A stretch of DNA of 64,000 nt from Lingula anatina (taxonomy: Eukaryota > Animalia > Brachiopoda), in NCBI GenBank assembly GCA_051362555.1, contig CM120640.1:1178001-1242000 (forward strand), in the 5' to 3' direction. The notes beneath the pieces are model-generated. The model did no database searches. It was not told the origin of the DNA and was given only the letters and a program-made list of their open reading frames with translations. Shown piece after piece: positions 1 through 9,803 of this stretch (its first letter is position 1; each line of letters starts with the position of its first letter). The translations under genes were made by a program, and so were the position numbers.

Positions 1-313
1 ATGCAACAATTACCCTTTTCATAGACAGGTACATTCCTCATTATATTATACCATAGAATCTACTTCTATGATTATACCAATGTTGACCCAAAATGAGAAA
101 ACTGCTATCAAAATACACTAACATTGTTCTTAGTAAGTAGTTTTCTGCCATATTACTGTGAGATGCTGGAAGTATCTGTCTATGAATAATATTTGCCACT
201 TGGGAAGGTGCTCAAAAAACAATAAGGTTTTCATGCCAAACATATCCAGTACTTTCCTGTCTAGAAAAAAATCAAACTTAAGCTACAATAAACTAAACAT
301 CTAAACTTCATAC

Positions 314-437
314 CTTGTTAATAACTTTATTCCCACCAAATCTCTTCACAAACTCCTCAGGGGTGGCCACCAGGAAATCCTTCACAGAAGCTCTCCTCCT
401 GTCATTCATGGCTGTCATATGGGTGCCTGACATACTC
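314..437 (-). CDS. ACACA: ACC exon containing the Ser79-equivalent regulatory site and start of the biotin carboxylase region
   Basis: Canonical ag/gt boundaries; translation (R)SMSGTHM...FGGNKVINK. Confidence 0.93.
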
Positions 438-3400
438 CTGTAAAGGGAAATAACTGTATGAGGTCTTGTCCTGCTTGACACACTGAATACTGGGTCAACT
501 TTGGCACAAACTGTGGCTGAAAGAATGTGATCTACAAGGCTGCAGCTATTGTGCCTTAACCCATCAAGGGTGTGTAACTGCCTTTTTGTGACCCTTGTAT
601 TGATATTCAAATGATGAATAAAAGAGAGTTGGACTTGTTTTTTCTTTTTATTTATGTACCAATATCTTATTGCATGAAGTAAGAAATTTCTACATTTTGG
701 ACTTGTTTTCCCCTTATTTTTATATACCAATATCTGGTTGCATGAAGCTGGAAATTTCTTAATTTTATGAACTCAAATTTGCATCAAATTAAAAAGAAAA
801 CACAACTGCCTATAAAAAGCTGAAATAAATACATGGCACCTAAAATTATAAGCACAAATACCACAGCAAACAGCCTGAGGTACAGGATAAAACACATTTC
901 AGCCAAGCAGCAGGATAATTTTAAAATTATATAGTGAAAATTTTCAACCAAATCAACAAGAACTTGCCAAATAAACCATCAAAAATTTCAAATTTCCCAT
1001 GGCTAAACTACAAGCATAAAATTCTCTAAATTAGTTAAAATTTACCATATGTTTAAGGAAACCTAGGCAACAGATGTCAATCCTAAGCCATACACAATCA
1101 AGCAATTTTATCCCAAACACAATAACTGCATTTCCTATCAGAAATCAAATTTTGTCTTCTGACATATTTATGAAACATGTAACATAATAGAACACTAAAC
1201 AACATATCAATTTTCAAAAAGGTTTTGTCATAGATTTTCTTTTTCCCTAATTCTGTTATCACTGTACTCACACTGAGAATGTCTTACTCAGTAGCCAATA
1301 CATTAAATAAAAAAAATGAATTCATAAACATTCCATAATGCCAAATAATTTGTTTCTCTCAAAACCCAATAGTAAGAAATCTTTAATGTTAGGGATTGTA
1401 TGTCTTATTTTTATTGAAAGAAATTATTTCACAGCCAGCTGTTAAAAGATGGTGAAACACACCACACCCCTCTAAAAAGTAGGGGGTGGGGGTAGACCAC
1501 TGTCCCTGTGTGAGGCCTTATCAGCTTATCTGACAATGGTGCTGTTTCTCACATCAGTCTGACGAAAAGCTTCGACCTAAGTGGTTGTCAACTTTTGTTG
1601 ATTCGAGAGTAAAAATGCCAAGCTTATGTTGAATAATTATTACTAGTACTTAAAAACTGGAGATTTTGCCCATGAGACAGCTATGATTGCCACTGTTTAT
1701 GACCTGGTGTATCACTAAATTGGCTACTAAAATTAATACATCATATTCTGACAGAACTGAAATACATATTCCTACTCGTAGGTCTTGTAGTAAAAATGAC
1801 TTTACACATGCAATGGCGCCGATCATACTAGGACATGGAACATATCATTATGAGACAATGAAGGTTTTCTCTTTTCAAAACAATAGAGGTAAATATTGCC
1901 ATATGCACTGTTCGATAGCACCTTGCTCAGCTGAAAATTTAGTAACAGCCCTACGTTTCTCTTTGTTACTTGCCTCTGAATAAACACCATCATTATAATT
2001 ATACGAAATATCCAGTTAATTTAGCCAAACCTTAGCTTTATTGCTTTCCAATAAAAAATATTGACCAGTGAGCTACCGATTTTCATTTGGAAAAATGCAC
2101 AGTTCGGCCCCATTCAGAATAGGGGACTAACTAGTCTGAGGGTCAAATGTGGCCGACCCATTTGAAAACTTTCCCACGGAATATTTATTCAGTGTCTATA
2201 AGCAGATAAGACGACATGCTTTGTAGTGGGTCGCTTTATTTGACCATTGGACTAGTAAGTCTCCTATTCTGAATGGGGCCTAAGAGCCAAATAATATAAA
2301 TTGTGAATTTTTAAGATGCTTTTTAAGGTGCTTTCTAAAACTCCTACATGATTTTAAGATATTTCATGTAATGTGCATAGTGCAAGAAGTCCTTCAATCA
2401 AAACATATGCACAAAATGACATTTTTAGGTTAGAAACAGCACATGTACTGTGAGTATCAAATATCAAGCTGCATAAAATAATAAGCAGGTTGCCAAGACA
2501 ACAAGAAATAAGCAGCAAACTTCATATACCTAAATTCAAATTATACAAGGTTCCAGCCTAAACAAGCGTACACCTTATAAAGTAAGCAACTTATTGGTTT
2601 TATAATTAGCACAACGTCAATGATACCTGTCCCCGTCTTCCCGGTCGCTGTTCATGACTTCACGTTCCTCTTTGACACAGCTACAATAATCACAATTGTG
2701 ATCACAATTTGAAAATGTGAAAACACTTGGTTGAACCTGGGCCATTCTCAACTAATGCAATTGACACAGCACAACAGCCAGTGAGTGGTGTTTCTTCATA
2801 CATAAGAGGAGCTACCTCCAGCTTCATATTTATATATGTACTTCAAAGTAGAACAATGGCTGTTTTGCTTTTAAAGTTATTGTCACAAAAAAATAGGTAA
2901 AGTCTTGAAAACTATCAAATTAGAACTTGGGTTTAAGTAATTTTACACATTTTTGTCACCAAGCTATTATATTAATACAGAATTACATCAAAATGCTGGA
3001 CTAAGTGCTTAAAACAGCATAAGTTGTGAAGTTCCGTGGCATTCAACCAAGTGTTTTTGATGATAGCTAAATATGTCTGCTCCAAAGCATATTGCAACAA
3101 ATTAAGTGAGAATCAAAGCTAGAAACTTTTCAGACATAACACAACTGTAAGCACCATATATATTTATTTTTCTTGTATCTTAGATTTAATTTGGGGGGGG
3201 GGGGGGTAAAAAAAGGATATTATCATTGAAAAATAACATAGCAAACCATACAAATAGGTAATTTAGCACATTAAAGATCATGCATTTCACTTTTATTAAT
3301 TAAGAAGGTCCAGCAAATCAAACAATGCCCTGGGGTAAAAATAAACAAAACTAGAGGATCAGAGAGGCGATACCGCCTCCTGGTATTGTACCACCAGCTG

Positions 3401-4178
3401 GAGTAAGCACATTCGTATGGGAAGGAAAAAGAAGGGGGAGGGGTTGACAAGCTGTATAAAATGCAGTAAACAAGGGTTATCATTTTACATAGATAATTTT
3501 TTTTTTAAATCAGGTGGGCAAAAGTAAAAGGTCAAATACAAGGATGTAGTATCATTGTGAATGTAGGATTTCCTCACTAACTGTGATGGAAACAATATTT
3601 GAAATTTTGTTTATATTTGGGTTAAACCGTGCTGCCTTTTATTCTGTAGTTGATATTGGCCTACATGGGCAACATCGTATATTCTTTATTTTTGTGCTTG
3701 TTTGTATCATATATATTAATGAAAATTTAAAAATGGGTTGATGCAGCTGTTTTGACATTTAAAATAATTAGAATATCAAAACTGGGAGAGAAATTATAAT
3801 TTAGGAAATTGAATCCACCCAAAAAGTGAAAAGCTTGTTTATGTAGTGCTGAAAAAAAAAAGATAAACAACAAAATATAGTTGAATCTGCGTGATGCGCC
3901 AAAATCCTTGGCAACGAATGCCTTGACGACCAGGAAGAAAGGCATCGAAAGCCCTATTGACAAGCACAGTTTTTAGTTTTACTACAATAACAGCTGTTTT
4001 AGTGGTGAAATGCAGTATAATATATTTCCGTGTGTTGTTTAGAATGTATTTCTTGCGGAATTTTGAATCTCAAAGGAAGAGTTATTATTGCTTTAAATGT
4101 ACACATGTACAGCTGACCAAATGGGTACTAATGTCAAACTAATCATGCATTAAAGCAAGTATATCTATATATAACTGC

Positions 4179-4220
<42 letters not shown>

Positions 4221-7005
4221 GGCAATCAGTTGGCTTTTGTGGAAAAAAAACTGCCTATTCATGCATCTGTAGGGTGGGAAAATTTGCAAACTATAGTTCA
4301 TGGTGAAAAATAGGTCAAAGGTCAATTTCAAAGTAAAAGTTTCCCAGTATATAACTTCCTATTCAAGATCAATAGCAACTATTGCCAGTTTTGGAGATAT
4401 AAGGGAGGGATTTTTTTTTAGTGCAGTTCATTATGAAAAGTAGGTCACAGATCAATTTGAAGGTCAGAGTTAGACTGCCAGTGAAAAGAAGGTCAAAGGC
4501 TAATTTCCAAGTTACAGTAAGACCCCATTTCCACAGATTATAGATCGATCTATCCCCATGGGGAGTCTCACTAGATTACTGTCAGCATAGCTGGCTTAAA
4601 TGCCTGTCCTGCCTACTAAAAGCTGTAAGGGAATAATTAAATTCCGTGTGCGGTCGGCTAACTGCAGGGAGTTAGGTCGATCAAGTAAGATCGATCTTAA
4701 TCTCTGGGAATGCGCTCTAAGATTGTCAGTATATCACTTCCTATTCAAGTTCAATGGTAACTATGGGTGTATCTCTGCTAGTTTTGATGATATAATTAAG
4801 GACCAGAAAACTTGCAAAGTGAAGTTCATCATGAAAAGTAGGTCAAAGGTCAATATCAAGGTCACAGTTAGATTGCTAGTTAATGACTTTCTATTCAAAT
4901 TCTATGGGCGTATCTCTGCTAATTTTGGGAGTGTTTTTTCATTTTATGTTAACTACTGAATATTGCATTGTTGTACTATTTAATAAAGTGCAACTCCTAA
5001 ACCGTATGGAAAATAAGAAAATGGACACCACCTCCAGTATTGTGCTTGACAAGCTGTACTTAATGCAAAAAACAAGACGTCTCTAGTGTAAACAGTTCCA
5101 CAATTACAGAGTTTTTAGTTTTGGCATCAAATGACTGCTTCTCCGGTGAAAATGCACCGATTGACCCCAAACCCATGAAGATGAAGGGAGTCCCTAAATA
5201 GTAGTCCCCACTGTAATATGAAAGCTTAGGTCTGTGTAGTTTCTGAAAATTGGCACAAACAATTCTTTTTTTGCAGAAAATTCCCATTTTTAGAAAATTT
5301 TGGCCTGTTTGACCTTGAAATAAAGGTCAAATGTCAAATCCAAGGGCATATTTGGAAACTCCATATATGACTTTTGGTCAGACCTCTATAGTAACTTTTT
5401 CCATAATTCCTTCAGTTTGGGAGATATTTAGCATCAAATTTTCAAAAATTTTGACAAGGGTGCATTTCAGTGAGCGTCACACCCAGACCAATGCACTAAC
5501 TGAGACAAAAATACCAGGGGGTTCAAGTTGAGATTATATGTGACCTAAATCCAAGAGATGGGGACACAGGTCCCTGCGGTCTAGGAGGAGAAGCGGTAAC
5601 GGTGACTTGTTTCCGGCGCCCGACTGCGGAGCCGCAGGAGCCGGCGGAGCCGCAGGAGCCGGCGGAGCCGGCGGAGCTGTACGAGACGGGCCGGGACTAA
5701 AACCATGAGTACCGCCAGCGTATACGCTGGTGGTACTAATAAAACCAAGATTTAGCTAAAATGAAAAACACTGCATTACAAAAAGAATTCACATATGAAG
5801 TTTACTAGTTATTCAAGTTTAACTATCTCACAACTGGGGTTATGCTAACTACTTTGGTTTGTCCACATGGCTCACTTATCAAAAATTGACAAACTACAAC
5901 TTGACAAAAGAATAAAAAGATGAGTTATTTGGGAGGTTGGCCAAAGCAAATCAGTGGGAATCACAGATATAGCCCAAAGTCTTATGTCTTTCAAAAATCA
6001 AGCAAGATTTGGAAAAGAAATGGGATTAGAAATGATGACACAGTAAGGGGTAACAATATATCAAAGTTATCAGAATTTGATCATGGATATTTTTCTGATC
6101 ATTTTCATTTTCCGTAGAATTACAATCTATTGCACAACAGTAAAATATCCACATTTTGCATGTCATTTTTGTATTGCTCTCAAAGATGCCACACCTAGCA
6201 CATAAAGTATTACTCTTATCAGTAAAATGTTAACCCAACCGTACTAGGTGGATTCTCACACATTTCTTAGTCTCATATGATGTCTCACACAATAAGACAG
6301 CCTCATTTTAGGCTTCTCAGATGATTTCCATGTTTTTTTTTTAATCAAATTTCAAATTCCAACATAAACCTAGTTCCTGCCACCCAGTCCAGAATTTCAC
6401 AGGTTATCTTCCCACTAGTTTCCAGTAGTCTTGGAAACTCAGGGTGTGACCACACAATCATTGCAGGGGCGGATTTAGGGTGTCTTCTGGGTCTTCCGGA
6501 AGACGGTCAGATTTTCAAGTTTACATTGTCGGGCATCTAATGTTTTCTGTCGGAAGACGGTCAAAAATGGAGAATGGATCAACAAAGATAATTTGGAAGA
6601 CTGTCAGAAAATATATCTGGATCCGCCCCTGCATTGTAACAGTTATATCATTTATTCATTTCTACCTCAGGGGTGAAAGACATAAAAGAATACATACATA
6701 AAATCGCACACAAAATTCCCATAGTAAAATCACACACATAAATATAATTAATATCATTCTATGACTCACCTTAATGGTATGGTGTTATTTTGTCTTAGTT
6801 GAATATCACCATCGCCACTTGAACTTGAAGTAGTTGAAGCTAGCGATGAAGATGATGTATTCCCTTTCAGTTTGCCCAACTCAGAATCCTGACTATCTCC
6901 TTCATCAACAGAGATACTGAACTGCACTCCCTTGGGTCGCTCATGCTCCGGCTCTTCTGCAATCACACCCTTTGGGTTCTTGTCTTCTTTCTTCTTAGAA
7001 CTCAT
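314..7005 (-). CDS. ACACA: Acetyl-CoA carboxylase, N-terminal coding exons (gene continues beyond window start)
   Basis: Exon 314-437 (cag acceptor, AAG|gtatga donor) encodes [42 protein letters not shown]. This matches the animal ACC segment RSSMSGLHL...[22 protein letters not shown] just before the biotin carboxylase domain. Exon 6770-7070 (ATG at 7005, AG|gtgagt donor, phase 2) encodes MSSKKKE...VQFSISVDEGDS...IPLR and joins it in frame. Confidence 0.93.
2106..2280. mobile_element. MITE, PIF/Harbinger-like (175 bp)
   Basis: About 55-bp imperfect terminal inverted repeats GGCCCCATTCAGAATAGG... / ...CCTATTCTGAATGGGGCC; TAA on the right flank; no ORF. Confidence 0.75.
2627..2680 (-). CDS. 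Candidate 54-nt phase-2 cassette exon of ACC (SCVKEEREVMNSDREDGD)
   Basis: Acceptor attattgtag, donor ACAG|gtatca, length divisible by 3, open in the ACC frame, purine/CpG-rich relative to the surrounding intron. Confidence 0.55.
3374..3451 (-). CDS. Candidate 78-nt phase-2 cassette (or alternative first) exon of ACC (SLSTPPPSFSFPYECAYSSWWYNTRR)
   Basis: Acceptor ttttatacag, weak donor GCG|gtatcg, length divisible by 3, open in the ACC frame; also in frame with an ATG at 3483. Confidence 0.3.
4182..4217. repeat. (TA)n microsatellite
   Basis: Directly visible TA run. Confidence 0.95.
4290..4935. repeat. Degenerate tandem repeat (catcatgaaaagtaggtcaaaggtcaat... units), probably a decayed non-autonomous element
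   Basis: Related units near 4298, 4428 and 4827; interrupted by the MITE at 4521-4717. Confidence 0.55.
4521..4717. mobile_element. MITE, PIF/Harbinger-like, copy 1
   Basis: TAA target-site duplication (4518-4520, 4718-4720); imperfect TIRs (cattt/cccacagat...agatcgatct); an inverted homologous copy lies at 55880-56092. Confidence 0.8.
5068..5744. mobile_element. Helentron-associated HINE/DINE-1-like non-autonomous element
   Basis: Begins AACAAG. Contains a GC-rich mini-repeat (gcggagccgcaggagcc) at about 5625-5680 and a near-perfect 30-bp palindrome agtaccgccagcgtatacgctggtggtact (5708-5737) followed by an A-rich end. The short agttccac near the 5' end mirrors the hairpin arm. Confidence 0.65.
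6464..6631. mobile_element. MITE with CAGGGGCGGAT TIRs (hAT-like), copy 1
   Basis: TIRs CAGGGGCGGAT / ATCCGCCCCTG, flanking direct repeat cattg; homologous copies at 16838-17001 and 56676-56831. Confidence 0.8.
6770..7005 (-). CDS. ACACA: ACC first coding exon (coding part; exon starts about 7070)
   Basis: ORF 6766..7005, acceptor ttttttcag at 7071, donor AG|gtgagt at 6769. The phase-2 junction restores R-S-M-S. Ser/acid-rich N-terminus resembles the vertebrate ACC1 N-terminus. Confidence 0.8.
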
Positions 7006-8859
7006 GCTGCTGGTCTTTCTCTTTTTACTGACTGTATGTTTTCATCTTATATATGAGAATCTACTTTCAGCTGAAAAAATAAGTAAAAACGTGTCATGCC
7101 CAAAACCACAGATCTTGCTGAACAAAAAACTGCTGCACTCCCTTCACTGTCTGCAGATATCATCACAAAACACACAGGTCGCATTTAAAACCAAGCTGAT
7201 CCAAGGACAAACTGGTCCAAAAATCAAATATGGCAGGCACTTGAAAATGGATTCCTGCCTCCCAGGACACCTCCCAGCAAGAACCAAGCAATTAAATCTA
7301 GGCACGCTTTCAAGTGGATTGCGCCATATTTGATCTGTGGACTAGTTAATCTGCGGACGAACTGGTTCTAAATGCACCCATACATATCCCAAATACTACC
7401 ATCATCAAGATTAAGTTCCACAATTTTAAAGACAATAGGAGCCCACCTCCCTTTTTCCTTTCAAGTCATATACCACTTTCAGGTGACTTTCTTTGCAGAT
7501 AGTTTTCTTCATTTTATTCATTACAGTAACTCTCAATTTTCTTTCAAAATCAGAAAAGCTTTTGGCATCATTACATGACCAAGTGACAGCCTAATCTAAA
7601 GTACTGTAGTATATATCCAGAGCCACACTAGTCCTAATGACCACAACCACTCACTTCCTACAGTACATGACCATAACTAAAACAATGCTAATAACAGTGA
7701 CATTCAGAGATGAACAACAAAATGGACTCAATCTTCAACCACAACCCAATGCCATGATGCAATCCTCAATCCCCAGTACACCTGGTCATCCAGGTACCCC
7801 AGGATATATATCTTGTTAAACAAACTCACCCCGTGTACCAGAGATTTAACAGAACAAAGTTAAGGTATGCTGATAATAGGGATGAGACTCTAATTATCTC
7901 TGGAATACAGGGTGAACAAACTGGACTATGACCTAAATATGTATGCACAGTGTATCTGAGTGAAATCAGCATGTTCATGGTCACTGTCAATACTGTGGAA
8001 GATATTACATGACCAAATACACGTTGACATTAAATTTTTTAACCTTTCAATATTGGCTATAACTGTTAAGGGTATACTTGGATCACAGGTACCAAAATAT
8101 TTTAACTATGTGAATCAATTTATAGAATTGTTGCTGCGAACAAAACAGTATCTAATGTAGTAATGTTAATTTATTTTTTTTTAAATCAAGAAAATTCATT
8201 CTTCATTGTACTGCACAGTACCTTAAAGTGACCATGAAAAAAATACATAAAAGCTTTGATATGATCTTTATTATAATTCATGGAAAGGGGATATTCTTGG
8301 ATTATCAGTGACTGTAAACTGAAGAGAAAACATGGCCTGCACATACCAGCTGTATATATCATAATAACGTATACATACACCTTTGATTTTACCTGTCACA
8401 CTGGGTTAAAATGAGACGCTGAGAGAGCGTCAAGTTACTGACAGTTATGAGGTGTAACTCACCTGATTGTGAGTTGACAAATGAGGATGGCATGGTACTG
8501 GTATTATGTTAATGTGAGGAGGGTTTGGTTGGGGGGGGGCACCTGTATTTCTTATTTAAGATCCACACAGTCCAGGTCGCAAATATCAACAAAAGTACTG
8601 GTACGCGACATTTCACCTGTAGTAAACTTGACCCATCGAAACTCTGTTATATGAGGTGACACACTTACGTAAAGCTGCCCCGAACTGAAAGTGCCTCACT
8701 TAAAACTGCCTTTAGAATTCCATAAACAAAACAAAATCAGCGAAGAACTAAGTGAAAACAACATGCACGGAAGTATCACAAAGCCGACAGGATGTCTTTT
8801 TAAACACTGCAATATATAGTAAAATATATATTCTGTAAACGTGCTAATCAACACACATT

Positions 8860-9400
8860 ACACTTACCTTTAACACAGTACAGCGTGTTAATCTAAGATC
8901 GGCAAACCGCATCGGCCGATATATGGTGTGACACAGTTTACTCTGACCTCATTGACATGACCCCGTTTGTGGGCGCCAGATAGTCTCAAATATACAATAT
9001 TAATAGAATGCGAAAATAGCTAATATTTTATGTTAATTTTATTATATTTTATAAACACTGAATGTTGAATTTGGTAAAGTTCAGTTCAAATCAGAGATAA
9101 TATCTTCTTACTTTATTTTTCATGAATAAACTGGCTTAGAGAGTATGCGCGGCCTCTATGTGGACGCCATCTTGAAGACGAGGTCTGATTTCGATTCGAG
9201 GTTTGTGACTCGCTTTCGTGCATTTTTTGCCTCGTCCGGAGGTTTATATTACCTTTGAAGGGGTTCCCCGAGAACCTTTAATGTTTGTGGTTTCGATTTA
9301 TTGAAATATGGGACAGATTTTGTTGCTCTGCGCACGCCGCACCATTTGCAATATTTCGTGTAACTTTTACCACGCACTTGTTCTCGCTGCGATCTTCCTA
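8860..9400. promoter_or_regulatory. Putative bidirectional ACC/CaRF promoter
   Basis: Local CpG enrichment between two divergent genes. YY1-type CGCCATCTTG at 9165-9174, E2F-like GGGCGCCA at about 8971, nuclear-receptor half-sites TGACCT/TGACCC at 8944-8963, and a perfect minus-strand donor AAG|gtaagtg at 8868. Confidence 0.65.
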
Positions 9401-9803
9401 AATTTCAAGTATGCAATGTTCAAGAGGGAATTCCAAGTCAAAGTCAAAATGGCAAGGGCTACTGAGCCCCACCTTTGTGAATATTTTTCTTTTTGGTCAC
9501 GAAAAATCAAATATGAGAGAATGGATAAGAAAAATGCAATATGATGCCAGGTTGCCTACAGCATTCCGTGGAATCCATTTTGTAAGACCGTGATTGTGGG
9601 TAAAATATTGAGGAGGCAAAAGTTTCCTTCACGTTCCACTCTGGGTTACTCTTTTGACAAACGTGTATATATATGAAAATAAAAGAAGAAATGGCTAGTA
9701 TTTAGACTTAAACCCTGTGTCATCAACCCTAACAAAAAACATGTTTATTTTTACGCTAATTTTACACCATTCAATTTTTACAGCAGTTGATTGATCCACA
9801 TTA

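Noticed and set aside
1540-1610. Hammerhead-ribozyme-like CTGACGA / CTGATG...GAAAC words
   Set aside because: No stem II plus GAAA arrangement with pairing stems I and III could be built on either strand.
3885-3960. CpG-rich patch with hairpin ATGCCTT...AAGGCAT and TTGACGA...CGAAA
   Set aside because: Does not fit a hammerhead or any ncRNA I recognise; more likely a repeat fragment.
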